Source: an uncultured Bdellovibrionales bacterium
GTDB lineage: Bacteria; Patescibacteriota; Minisyncoccia; Moranbacterales; UBA1568
DNA length: 64,000 nucleotides
Direction of reading: 5' to 3'
Assembly: GCA_964420045.1 (NCBI GenBank)
Contig: CAYQPQ010000001.1
Coordinates: 21,444 to 85,443 of the forward strand
Part shown: positions 50,049 through 59,149 of the stretch, piece after piece
How the letters are laid out: every line of letters begins with the position of its first letter
Position numbering within the stretch: position 1 is the stretch's first letter
Translations under genes and position numbers: made by a program
The notes under the pieces: model-generated
What the model was told of the DNA's origin: nothing
Seen by the model: the letters and a program-made list of their open reading frames with translations, nothing else
The model's database searches: none

Positions 50049-50233
50049 ACGAAAACACTCGAAATGTATTATCCGTGTCATTCCGACCAGAACGACGGAG
50101 GAGTGGGGTGGAGGAATCTCCGAATAGCACGCATGAAAGCTCTGAGAAACAAACTCCGCAGTTGAGATTCCTCGACCTCGCTCGGAATGACAGAACTCTG
50201 TCGACCCGAGCCTCAGCACATTCAAATATCCAA

Positions 50234-51514
50234 CTACAATTTCAACATCTTCTCCAATTTCTTGGGAGATTTCTGCGGACCAATAACAGCGAGATTGAGT
50301 CGGTCGGAGCGAAAAATCATCTCGGCCACCCGCCGAATATCTTCGCTCGTCACCGCATCAATCTTTTCATAGCGATCTTTTGGCAAAACGATTTCGCCTT
50401 TCAACGCTTCCTGATCAACCAAATACCCTACGATATCATCCGACGACTCAAGATGCATCGCCATGCTTCCCTTGATATGTTCCTTCGCTTTCAGAAGTTC
50501 TTTCTCCGGCACCAACTCCGTCGCAATCCGCTTGTATTCTTCGAGAATCACTTCGATAGTCTTCTCAAGATTTTCGTGCTCAACACCGCACTGTGTCGAG
50601 AGATATCCCGCATCATGGTAGGCATCTGTCCCGGTATGCACACTATAGGCCAAGCCCCGCCGTTCGCGCACTGCCATAAAAAGCCGGCTCGACATACCGC
50701 CGCCGAGAATAGTCGAAAGCACCGCGAGTGCGTGACGGTCTTCATGGAAGAAATCAAACGATCGAACCCCGAGAATGAAATGTGTCTGATCGGTTTTCTT
50801 GGTCTGAAGGAGCACTGCCGGAGCTTTTTGCTTTTCAACAATGCCTTTTCGTTCCGGATTCTTCCCTGTTCGCATATCGGCAAAACTCCGCTCGATCATG
50901 CCCTTCGCCCACGCCACATCGAAATTCCCCGCAACACCAACCACTACATTTGATGCCACATAGGCGCGGTTGAGATAGCGAAGAAATTCCGCGCGCTTGA
51001 AACCTTTGATATTCTCCCGTGTCCCAATAATATCTCGCCCGAGCGGGTGATCCCCATAGAGGAGCATTTCAAACACATCGCCCACATGTCGAACCGGCGT
51101 ATCCTCGTACATATTAAGCTCCTGCAGAATCGGCCCGCGCTCGCGATCGATTTCTTCCGCCGGCAAGGTTGAATTGAGGAAAATATCGCTCACGATATCG
51201 AGCGCCATTTCGGCATGTTTCCGGTCTACCTTCGCATAGTAGGCTGTACGATCCTTCGACGTGAACGCATTGTACTCCCCACCCACGCCGTCGAGTTCCT
51301 CACTGATCGAAAGCGCTGTCGGACGCCGCTTCGTCCCCTTAAAAAACATATGCTCCAAGAAATGCGAAAGTCCGCCCTCTTTCTTTGTCTCATACCGCGA
51401 CCCTGTTGCCGTCGTAATAAGCACTGTCACCGTCTCCGCTTCTTTCATCGGCGAGAGTACCACTCGCAACCCATTCGACAAAACATGCTTTTCGTAATTC
51501 ATAGTCGCAGACAA
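50234..51514 (-). CDS. M16 family zinc peptidase (insulinase-like).
   Basis: Inverted zincin motif HFLEHMFFKG (HxxEH). 426 aa with both M16 halves. Confidence 0.85.
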   Translation of the reverse strand: MSATMNYEKHVLSNGLRVVLSPMKEAETVTVLITTATGSRYETKKEGGLSHFLEHMFFKGTKRRPTALSISEELDGVGGEYNAFTSKDRTAYYAKVDRKHAEMALDIVSDIFLNSTLPAEEIDRERGPILQELNMYEDTPVRHVGDVFEMLLYGDHPLGRDIIGTRENIKGFKRAEFLRYLNRAYVASNVVVGVAGNFDVAWAKGMIERSFADMRTGKNPERKGIVEKQKAPAVLLQTKKTDQTHFILGVRSFDFFHEDRHALAVLSTILGGGMSSRLFMAVRERRGLAYSVHTGTDAYHDAGYLSTQCGVEHENLEKTIEVILEEYKRIATELVPEKELLKAKEHIKGSMAMHLESSDDIVGYLVDQEALKGEIVLPKDRYEKIDAVTSEDIRRVAEMIFRSDRLNLAVIGPQKSPKKLEKMLKL

Positions 51515-51526
51515 TCAAGTATAAAT

Positions 51527-51799
51527 TCAAGACAGCGGAACATAGGAACTCTCCACTCGAATATCATTCTCTTCTTCGTTTCCAACTCGATTCAGAGACA
51601 CATCATGCCCATCAACACTCGAAAGCTCCATCATCGAGTCAATATGCACCGATTTCTGATCCAAACCCTTCCACTTCTTGCGCGCCCGCACCCTCGCGTC
51701 ATGACTGTCTTCGGCAACAACCGGCACCACTTCGTGATCTTCACCCACTCGACCATCTTGCAGTTTTCCGCCCAAAAAAACTACGAAAAGTTTCGGCAT
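51527..51799 (-). CDS. Hypothetical small conserved protein.
   Basis: 90 aa: MPKLFVVFLGGKLQDGRVGEDHEVVPVVAEDSHDARVRA.. This is a motif-like LGGK...GR.EDHE. The family is not confidently named. Confidence 0.4.
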   Translation of the reverse strand: MPKLFVVFLGGKLQDGRVGEDHEVVPVVAEDSHDARVRARKKWKGLDQKSVHIDSMMELSSVDGHDVSLNRVGNEEENDIRVESSYVPLS

Positions 51800-51817
51800 A
51801 GTATGTTAGAAAATTCC

Positions 51818-53302
51818 CTACCGAAAATGCTCCCAGAGGTAATTGCCGAGGTCGGCAAGCGACAAGCGATCTTGTTTCATCGTGTCACGATCGCGCACAG
51901 TGACCGTGCCATCATCGAGCGTCTGGAAATCGATCGTCACACAATACGGCGTCCCGATTTCATCCTGCCGGCGATAGCGCTTCCCCACATTGCCGTTGTC
52001 ATCAAATTCACACACGACATCTTTTCTCAAGACTTCAAATACTTTGCGCGCCTTGTCGACAAGTTCGGGTTTGTTCTTCATGAGCGGAAAGACCGCCACC
52101 TTCACTGGCGCAATCGACTTTGCCAAGCGAAGCACTGTGCGCGTCTCCCCTTCACCAACCGACTCTTCGTCATACGCAGAGAGGAGAATTGCCAAGAGAC
52201 CGCGATCGAGTCCGAAAGTCGGCTCGACGACGAACGGCGTGATCTTTTCTTTCGTCTCCGTGTCCTGCCACGTCATATCGCGCCCCGAAAACTTTGCATG
52301 GCGCGACAAATCATAGTCCGTCCGACATGCAAGCCCGAAGAGTTCCTTGCGCCCGAAGGGGTAATCGAATTCGAAATCCACGGTCCGCGCCGAGTAGTGC
52401 GCCCGCTCATTCTCCGCTATCTCCGTTGGATGTATACGAGTCATATCCATGCCGACCGATTTCATCCACGATTCCATTTCTCCCTGCCAATAGGCAAATA
52501 CTTCATTCCATTCCCGCTTCTTCGAATCGAAGAAATATTCTATTTCCATCTGTTCAAACTCGCGCGTGCGGAAAATAAAGTTGCCCGGCGTGATTTCGTT
52601 CCGAAACGCCTTGCCGATTTGCGCGATGCCAAACGGCAAGCGCTTTCGCGACACGCCGGCAACGAGCGGAAAGTCCACAAACATTGCCTGTGCCGTTTCC
52701 GGGCGAAGATAGGCGATGTTTGCACTCTCCTCGGCGGGACCGATAAACGTTTTGAACATGAGATTGAAGAGCGTCGGATGCGACCAGTCACGCTTCCCGC
52801 AATGCGGACAGGCAATCGTCCGCAAGGCGCCGAAGAGTTTCTCGGCAAGCTTTTCGATATCGTGTTCGTATTTCTCCACCGTCGCATGATCTGGAGACGC
52901 TTCTTTCTTGAGCTTCTCGATTTCCATTTTCTTGAATGTCATCTCCGAGAAGGACAGCATGAATTCGTTCTGATTCACCGCATCAAGGTGCTGATCCGGG
53001 CGCAAGCGCTCATGGCACTCTTTGCACTCCACGAGAAAGTCATTGAAGCCGGAAATATGCCCGCTTGCTTCCCATACTTTCGGATTCATCACAATCGCCG
53101 CATCAAGCCCCACCATGTCGTCGCGACTCTCGACAAAAGTCTTCCACCAGTGGTCTTTGATGTTCTTCTTCAGCTGGGCGCCATACGGACCGTAGTCCCA
53201 CGAATTCGCAAGCCCGCCATAAATATCACTTCCCGGAAACACAAACCCGCGCCGCTTCGCGAGCGAGACAATTTTGTCCATAGTGATTTCCGCCGTATTC
53301 AT
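51818..53302 (-). CDS. glyQS: Glycine--tRNA ligase, dimeric class II form.
   Basis: ...MDKIVSLAKRRGFVFPGSDIYGGLANSWDYGPYG... The 53314 track start is a TTG; I chose the in-frame ATG at 53302 (53281 is also possible). Confidence 0.9.
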   Translation of the reverse strand: MNTAEITMDKIVSLAKRRGFVFPGSDIYGGLANSWDYGPYGAQLKKNIKDHWWKTFVESRDDMVGLDAAIVMNPKVWEASGHISGFNDFLVECKECHERLRPDQHLDAVNQNEFMLSFSEMTFKKMEIEKLKKEASPDHATVEKYEHDIEKLAEKLFGALRTIACPHCGKRDWSHPTLFNLMFKTFIGPAEESANIAYLRPETAQAMFVDFPLVAGVSRKRLPFGIAQIGKAFRNEITPGNFIFRTREFEQMEIEYFFDSKKREWNEVFAYWQGEMESWMKSVGMDMTRIHPTEIAENERAHYSARTVDFEFDYPFGRKELFGLACRTDYDLSRHAKFSGRDMTWQDTETKEKITPFVVEPTFGLDRGLLAILLSAYDEESVGEGETRTVLRLAKSIAPVKVAVFPLMKNKPELVDKARKVFEVLRKDVVCEFDDNGNVGKRYRRQDEIGTPYCVTIDFQTLDDGTVTVRDRDTMKQDRLSLADLGNYLWEHFR

Positions 53303-53459
53303 AGGGTTTTCCAACAGTTTATCTGTTCCTATCCTATCGTTTCAACCCCAAAGTGTCAAAAAAGAAAACGCCCGATATTTCCATATCGAGCGGTTATAAA
53401 AACTTACATCAATAACTCACATTTTTTATCAACATTATAAGTCGCAATTGTCCAGTAAG

Positions 53460-53720
53460 TTAAGACCGGCGTGGGAAAACACCGAGAATCTTTAACAGAT
53501 AATCGCCAGGTCGAACTTTTCCTGAAGAATCTCGAAACAGAAGACTGGAACTCTCCCCTTCATCCAGAGTCGCTGCAACAAATTTGAGCATATTCCGAAA
53601 ACACTCCGACCTTGTTCCCGATCCAGTTCTTTGTTTCAGTTTATCCAAGAGTTGAACATACTCTGGCGCAGTATCAACGACCAGCCTTACCCTTTCCAAT
53701 TCCTTCCGCTCTTTTGGCAT
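53460..53720 (-). CDS. Putative ribbon-helix-helix (CopG-like) DNA-binding protein.
   Basis: ERVRLVVDTAPEYVQLLDKLKQRTG.GTRSECFRNMLKF follows a beta-strand/helix/helix pattern. The call is weak. Confidence 0.35.
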   Translation of the reverse strand: MPKERKELERVRLVVDTAPEYVQLLDKLKQRTGSGTRSECFRNMLKFVAATLDEGESSSLLFRDSSGKVRPGDYLLKILGVFPRRS

Positions 53721-54051
53721 ACCAAAGCCCTCTCATTTTGTTGAATCACTCGATTTCTCGATTTTCCGAACCCATCTGCCACTCATCTTCAACTTCCGCA
53801 GCAGAAATACGTCTTTTCCCAATTGGAAAATACCGATATTTGTCAGCGAGGCTTCCTCTGTCATGTCGACTATATCGAGAGCCTCTACATCCCTGACATT
53901 TACCTCGACCCTCGCCTGAACTGCTACGCCGCGTCGCCATATTGCTTATCCTCTCTGTTTGGTTAGGTGATCTACGAATTGTTAAAGAGAGAAACTTCAA
54001 TATACTGAATAACTCGTGAAATGTCAATACTCCGCGAGAAATCTTGATAAA

Positions 54052-54357
54052 TCACCGAGAGAATCGTTTCCACACGCCCGCAACCGTTTCGGCAATGCGC
54101 CGAGAAGAATATCCGTCGGGAAGATCCGACTCGACGCGAACATCGGCGATATCGCGCGGAGTGATTTTTTGCGCAGCAAGAAGCGTGTCAACAGCGGGAA
54201 GCAGTTTTTCCAAAATCTCTCGATTCGGTTCGATCCGCATCTTCGCGATTTCTTCCAAACCGCACAACAGAATGACATCGGTCGCCGATTCCTCAACATG
54301 AAAGGTTAACTTCCAGGTGCCATCTCTCTGTTTCTTTATTCCTGATTCTTGATTCAT
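54052..54357 (-). CDS. Hypothetical protein with faint similarity to the TsaB/YeaZ N-terminal region.
   Basis: ..ATDVILLCGLEEIAKMRIEP.REILEKLLPAVDTLLAAQKITPRDIADVRVE..P..Y is loosely TsaB-like but truncated at 101 aa. Confidence 0.3.
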   Translation of the reverse strand: MNQESGIKKQRDGTWKLTFHVEESATDVILLCGLEEIAKMRIEPNREILEKLLPAVDTLLAAQKITPRDIADVRVESDLPDGYSSRRIAETVAGVWKRFSR

Positions 54358-54376
54358 AGTTCTTCCCTATTCTCCA

Positions 54377-55234
54377 TCAAAGATCTTTGCCGCCAATTTT
54401 CTTCCAATTGAATCCCCACGGATCACTCTTTCGTCCCGGAGCAATATCACTGTGTCCGAGGATGTGTTTAATAGTCTGCCGCGTTTCGATATCGGCGAGG
54501 AGCTTCTTGAGCGCGTCGTACTGCGCATCGCTCGGACCGCCGTCATCCTTCCCGATCACCTCGATACCGATCGAAAACGCATTCACATTTTTTCGTCCGT
54601 CCGGCATTTCCGAGTCCCCGGCGTGATAGGCGATATTTTTCTCCTCCACCATTCGATACACCGTCCCGTCCCGCGCCACAAGATAGTGCGGCGACACGCC
54701 ATAGCTCTTGTAGATATCGATGATTTTCGAAACCGAGAACGGATCGCCGCCTGTCGCATTGTACGTCGAGTGAATCACGACGGTGTCGATTTTCCGCCCG
54801 CTCGATTTGGAAAATCCCCACGACACCAACCGGTTCTCTATCGAGAATTTCCCGCTCGATTTCGACGTTTCCGATACCATTGCCGAGTCTTCCACATGCT
54901 TCACCGGCTCGGTTGATTTCGTCTGCATCGACGGAGATTCTTCAGACGGAACCGCCGGCGAAACCGTTGTCGGCTCGTCAGACGCATTACTCTCTGCTCC
55001 ATCATCCGATTCATTGTCGCTCTCCGACTCTCCCGGCGCGACGTTCCCCGACTCAAGCTCTCTGACAATGCCCTCCGAATCTTCTTTCGAAAGCGATTCC
55101 GCCGACATAGCCGACGCATCACTCTCGACCACCTTCGCCGAACTTCCGCGAAAAAGAAACATGCCCATGCCACCTGAAACCGTCAGAAACAATATAAGAA
55201 GCCATGCCCACGGATTTTTGAAAAACTCATTCAT
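54377..55234 (-). CDS. N-acetylmuramoyl-L-alanine amidase (Amidase_2/PGRP fold) with an N-terminal TM and an acidic linker.
   Basis: C-terminal domain VVIHST...IAYHAGDS...GIEVIG...ILGHSDIAPGRKSDPWGF. Confidence 0.8.
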   Translation of the reverse strand: MNEFFKNPWAWLLILFLTVSGGMGMFLFRGSSAKVVESDASAMSAESLSKEDSEGIVRELESGNVAPGESESDNESDDGAESNASDEPTTVSPAVPSEESPSMQTKSTEPVKHVEDSAMVSETSKSSGKFSIENRLVSWGFSKSSGRKIDTVVIHSTYNATGGDPFSVSKIIDIYKSYGVSPHYLVARDGTVYRMVEEKNIAYHAGDSEMPDGRKNVNAFSIGIEVIGKDDGGPSDAQYDALKKLLADIETRQTIKHILGHSDIAPGRKSDPWGFNWKKIGGKDL

Positions 55235-55319
55235 GCCCCTATGGTAGCAAAAACCTTCCCCGAAGAGAAGGTTTGGAGAAACAACAAAGCGCGTCTCGAA
55301 AAAGAAGTTTCAAACACGA

Positions 55320-55625
55320 TCATTTCCTAAAGACACCGGTAAGAACTTGAACACCGCCCATATAGACAAAAGCCGCTATCGAAAGAATGCTCGCCAACGG
55401 CAAAAGATACTTTGGCGAAAGAAAAAAGAGGCGCCAATCAAGAAAGTAAACTATCAATCCGATAACAACCGGGTAAAAAAAGATGAGAAGCATAAAGAGA
55501 ACATTCCCAACACTCGTCCTTGACCCGGGAGCATCAAATATCATGGCAGACAACAGAACGAGCATCGGCCACGCCAACAAAGCCAAGCTGAAAAATATCT
55601 GCCCGAGAAGAGCAATGAATTTCAT
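55320..55625 (-). CDS. Small integral membrane protein, possibly YqjK-like.
   Basis: 101 aa with 3 TM helices. It follows the YqjE-like and DUF883-like genes on the same strand. Confidence 0.45.
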   Translation of the reverse strand: MKFIALLGQIFFSLALLAWPMLVLLSAMIFDAPGSRTSVGNVLFMLLIFFYPVVIGLIVYFLDWRLFFLSPKYLLPLASILSIAAFVYMGGVQVLTGVFRK

Positions 55626-55669
55626 AACATGATATGCGAAAATGATTTAGATGGGATTAGCTTCGTGAT

Positions 55670-55957
55670 TCATTTCTTCCTCCCCGTGAGGAAACCGACA
55701 ATTGCACCCAAGAAGGCGCCAATGCCAAGCGCGATGCCGGCGGATTTTTCGGGATTTTGTTTCACATATTCGCGCCCTTCTTCCACCTTTTTCATTGTCG
55801 CATCCTTCACATCCCCCGCTTTCTCCAAGATCGCATCCTTTGCTTCGCCCGCTTTTTCAGTGATATGCGATTTCATTTCGTTCGCTTTCGCCGTCACTTG
55901 GTCTATCCCTTTTTCCACTTCCTTTTTTGTCTGATCGAGAAAATCATTCATAAACAA
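55670..55957 (-). CDS. DUF883 (ElaB/YqjD/YgaM) family protein.
   Basis: Coiled-coil Lys/Glu-rich region, then ENPEKSAGIALGIGAFLGAIVGFL, the signature C-terminal TM. Confidence 0.65.
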   Translation of the reverse strand: MFMNDFLDQTKKEVEKGIDQVTAKANEMKSHITEKAGEAKDAILEKAGDVKDATMKKVEEGREYVKQNPEKSAGIALGIGAFLGAIVGFLTGRKK

Positions 55958-56006
55958 AAATTACTTTTTAGAGAGTGCCTACAAAACATATGTTCAGTGT
56001 CTGCCA

Positions 56007-56354
56007 TCATCGCCGGGAGAACATCAAAAGAAGCGCGCCTGTTGCCACAAAGAGCGTCCCAACGACAAGAGACCCCGCTGCGGGTCCCAGACGAAACACT
56101 TCAACCAGTGTCATCCCAATGCCAAACACTACGAATCCAAATCCGATAAAAAGAAGTACCATGCCCAGTACAAGCTCCCGAATAAACCGCATGACAAACG
56201 CGCGGATATCTCCCTCGACGGTCCCAGCAATCGCGAGCGCTCCGCCCACAACCTCCTTAGCGTGCCGCGACGCGATATCGAGGAGAAGCGAAACCCACGA
56301 CGACTTCGATTCCTTTTGAGACGACCCTTTTGATTCTTCTTGTGCATCAGACAT
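56007..56354 (-). CDS. Holin-X-like / YqjE-like membrane protein (phage holin superfamily III-like).
   Basis: 115 aa with two TM helices and a LLLDIASRHAKEVV amphipathic N-terminus. Confidence 0.5.
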   Translation of the reverse strand: MSDAQEESKGSSQKESKSSWVSLLLDIASRHAKEVVGGALAIAGTVEGDIRAFVMRFIRELVLGMVLLFIGFGFVVFGIGMTLVEVFRLGPAAGSLVVGTLFVATGALLLMFSRR

Positions 56355-56408
56355 ACGAGATACTCATTGAAAGTGTTTGCTGTCCTTACTGAGAAGTATA
56401 CCAGAATA

Positions 56409-56436
56409 TTGACAAAACAAGAACGGATGCTACCAT
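56409..56436 (+). promoter_or_regulatory. Candidate sigma70 promoter for the lamin-tail-domain protein.
   Basis: TTGACA-16 nt-TACCAT, about 75 nt upstream of the ATG at 56512. Confidence 0.35.
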
Positions 56437-56511
56437 GTCCGAAAAATTTGAAACCCCGAAAAGACCCTTCCCTGTTACCTTCTGCTTTGCTGAAACGAAC
56501 CCGTCGATCCT

Positions 56512-58185
56512 ATGCCCGTCCGTACCGCTCTTTCCGCATTCATACAACTCGCTGCTCTTTTCGCACTCTCCGTTGGAGGCGTCTTTTTTGTTATTCCGAA
56601 AGTCGAAGCAAAAGAGTCTTCATGGAATGTCTTCATACACACCGTGCAAACGGCAGGTACGACGACTTCCGAAGACTTCGTTGAAATATACAACAGTGAA
56701 GACTGCGCGCTCGACCTCTCCGATTGGAAACTCCGGAAGCGAACCGCGAGCGGCAGCGAATCATCCGTCAAGGTGTTCGGCGATACGTCAAGTGTACTGC
56801 CACCGGGCGAGACGTTCCTCTGGGCAAACTCAACAAATAGTTTTGCCGATACAATCCGCGCCGCCGAGAAAAGCACCGCCACCCTCACGGACAACAATTC
56901 TCTCGCACTCATTGATGCGGACGACACCCTCATTGATTCTCTCTCCTGGGGCACAGTCGACAAACCGTTTCGAAGCAACGAACCAAACATTCGAAATCCC
57001 GACACGAACGAAATGATCGTCCGCTCATCCAAGACCGACACGCCGACAATCGAAAGAACCGTTCTGCCAAACGGGAAAGCATTTGATCACACATTCGCCG
57101 ATTTTTGCGGTGTTTCCAAAGACCGCGCAAACGATGCTCGCGTCGTTCTCTCCGAGATACTCGCCAATCCGACAGGAGACGAATCGACACGCGAATTTAT
57201 CGAACTCGAGAACAGAAGCGAAAGACAGGTTGATCTTTCCGGATGGAAACTTCGCGACGCCTCGAAAACCGGGAAGTACACCTTCCCCTCCGAGAGCGCA
57301 ATTGCGCCGCGCGCATTTCTCACACTCTTCCGATCCAATTTTGTCTTCGCCCTCAACAATAGCGCCGAGACCGTCACCCTCGAAGATGCGACCGGTGCCA
57401 CCGCCGACAGCGTCTCTTGGAACAAGACCCGGGAGGACATCTCCCTCGCTCGAGACGAAAGCCGCTGGCGAAATACCAAATTCCTGACACCCGACAAAGC
57501 CAATCGCTTCGGCAATGACCCGTCGGCGAAGACTTCCGTCCCAAAAACCGGCTTCGCCAAAATTCCAATAGATTTCACAGCAAGTATAAAAGATAAAGAC
57601 CGCGACAAAACTACCGTCGTCTGGGACTTCGGCGACGGACACAAGAGCTACAAGAAAGACACCGTTCACACCTTCGCCAAGACCGGACGATATACCGTGA
57701 AGCTCACCTACACCGACGGAGTTGTCGACAAGACAAAAACATTTCACATCAACATCAAGAAATACAGTGCGCCAAAAGTCCGCATCGTTTCCCTCATGCC
57801 AAATCCCCAAGGCACTGATACCGGTCGCGAATACCTCCTCATTCAGAACAAATCAAAGAAAGAAGTTGATCTCAAAGGATGGATCATCGCCACCAAGTCG
57901 AAATTCACTACCAAGCGTTTCGTCAATCACAAGATCACCGAGAGTCTCATCATAAAGCCCGGCGCCTCCGTCCGGCTCACGCGAGAGCACGCCGCCTTCA
58001 TCCTCGGCAATACACGGCAGTACCTGGAACTCCGCGACCCGCAAGGAAAAACCGTGCAGCACATCCACTACAAGCTCGACAAGAGCGCTCCCAACGATGC
58101 CGAGTTTTTCAAAATCCCCGACCATCCCTGGGAGTGGCGCCTCCCAACACCCACACCGCTTGACGCCACAGCGAGCGTGCAGTAG
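56512..58185 (+). CDS. Secreted lamin-tail-domain (LTD) protein with three LTDs and one PKD domain.
   Basis: Signal peptide. LTD motifs (DFVEIYNSEDCALDLSDWKL, EFIELENRSERQVDLSGWKL, EYLLIQNKSKKEVDLKGWII). PKD motif (WDFGDGHKS...HTF...GRYTVKLTYTDG). Confidence 0.75.
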   Translation: MPVRTALSAFIQLAALFALSVGGVFFVIPKVEAKESSWNVFIHTVQTAGTTTSEDFVEIYNSEDCALDLSDWKLRKRTASGSESSVKVFGDTSSVLPPGETFLWANSTNSFADTIRAAEKSTATLTDNNSLALIDADDTLIDSLSWGTVDKPFRSNEPNIRNPDTNEMIVRSSKTDTPTIERTVLPNGKAFDHTFADFCGVSKDRANDARVVLSEILANPTGDESTREFIELENRSERQVDLSGWKLRDASKTGKYTFPSESAIAPRAFLTLFRSNFVFALNNSAETVTLEDATGATADSVSWNKTREDISLARDESRWRNTKFLTPDKANRFGNDPSAKTSVPKTGFAKIPIDFTASIKDKDRDKTTVVWDFGDGHKSYKKDTVHTFAKTGRYTVKLTYTDGVVDKTKTFHINIKKYSAPKVRIVSLMPNPQGTDTGREYLLIQNKSKKEVDLKGWIIATKSKFTTKRFVNHKITESLIIKPGASVRLTREHAAFILGNTRQYLELRDPQGKTVQHIHYKLDKSAPNDAEFFKIPDHPWEWRLPTPTPLDATASVQ

Positions 58186-59149
58186 AAAGGAAGTAACGGA
58201 TCCTTAACAAATTCATTCTTTCAGGTGCGCACTTGCCTACGAACTCGCATCGATACAACCACACGAGGAGGTTCGTCCGATACCGTCGGCGGACATTCGA
58301 GGCAAGGCAAAAACCGGAAATAAGGGTTCGGAAACTCTTATCGAAGCTACACGTTTGGCCTCGATAAGACCCATCCACCGAGGACCGCTGGGTCTCCCAG
58401 CAAAGGTACCCTCCCATGAAGAAGATCAATTCCGGCAACACCTAAGGGCGAGTCAGAGCCATTCCGGGGGGGGTTTAGGCTCTTTATGAATTGGAAACTC
58501 CCCACACTGTAACTGTAAGGAGATTCTCAATGAAAAATTGCGGCCCAACCTGTGCACGACAGCGCAACTACTGCGCCACCAACACACCGTAAGGGGGTCT
58601 GCCGAATGACCGATAGCAGGCCGGTCCCCCGATGTCCTGCGCAACCCCAATACCAAAAGGAGACCTTCTATGGAGGTCAGCAACCTAAACTCTGAGCCGA
58701 TACACTACGGCTAAGCACTGAGCACCTCGGGGCGCAAGGTACTTGCGTCCCCCGCTGTAGTAAAAGGGGGTTGAAGCAATCCCAAGCTTCTGGCGAAGTC
58801 CCCCGTGCAGTTCCCGGGCGGCGCAGAATACGGGCAAAGTAGCGACACGTGAAATGCTCCTGCGTCCGTCCGACCAATTCATGGATTTCCGACAATGTTC
58901 GGAAATTCCAAACCAAACAGCGCAACGCGCTGAGCGGGGACAACACACTCCCTGCTATGGATTCCAGTTCTGGACGCACAAACTGATCATCTACCGCAAG
59001 GCAACAATTCGATCGGTTTCCAAGCTGGAATCCTATCTCTCGAGCTCCTTCACGTCTCAATGTTCGACGGCTTCTCCCGGACGTGAAGATCCTCTCCCAA
59101 AGCATTCATCCCTTGTCGCGGGTTCCGTAGGGTTTGCTTTGGGAGCTTT
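58186..59149. other. A 960-bp ORF-free, GC-rich, hairpin-dense stretch that is a candidate large structured non-coding RNA. Its family is unassigned.
   Basis: The only ORFs are Arg/Cys/Trp-rich junk in all six frames. There are many local GC hairpins, for example GGGGCGCAAG-GTAC-TTGCGTCCCC and CTTCACGTC...GACGTGAAG. The region is flanked by convergent genes. Confidence 0.4.

Noticed and set aside
51215-53440. 741-aa plus-strand ORF.
   Set aside because: It is antisense to the glyQS and M16 peptidase genes, both of which have strong family signatures. It is Arg/His/Phe-rich with no motifs and is an antisense open frame.
53746-54027. 93-aa minus-strand ORF.
   Set aside because: Arg/Gly/Ser/Cys-rich composition (ATRRSSSGEGRGKCQGCRGSRYSRHDRGS) is typical of a translated non-coding sequence.
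58225-59149. Possible ORF-less group II intron, from the GUGCG at 58225.
   Set aside because: Only the 5-nt 5' consensus matches. I could find no domain V (AGC-triad hairpin with GNRA loop) and no bulged-A domain VI near the 3' end. I kept it only as a caveat inside the structured-region finding.
58186-59149. tmRNA, RNase P RNA and SRP RNA assignments for the ORF-free region.
   Set aside because: I found no GGGG…UUCGACGGG 5' end, no T-arm/CCA 3' end, and no ANDxxALAA*-type tag frame for tmRNA. I found no GGAAAGUCCGG or CCCGGCUUA P4 strands for RNase P, and no GGAAGCAGCCA for SRP. By-eye matching is weak and needs a covariance-model scan.
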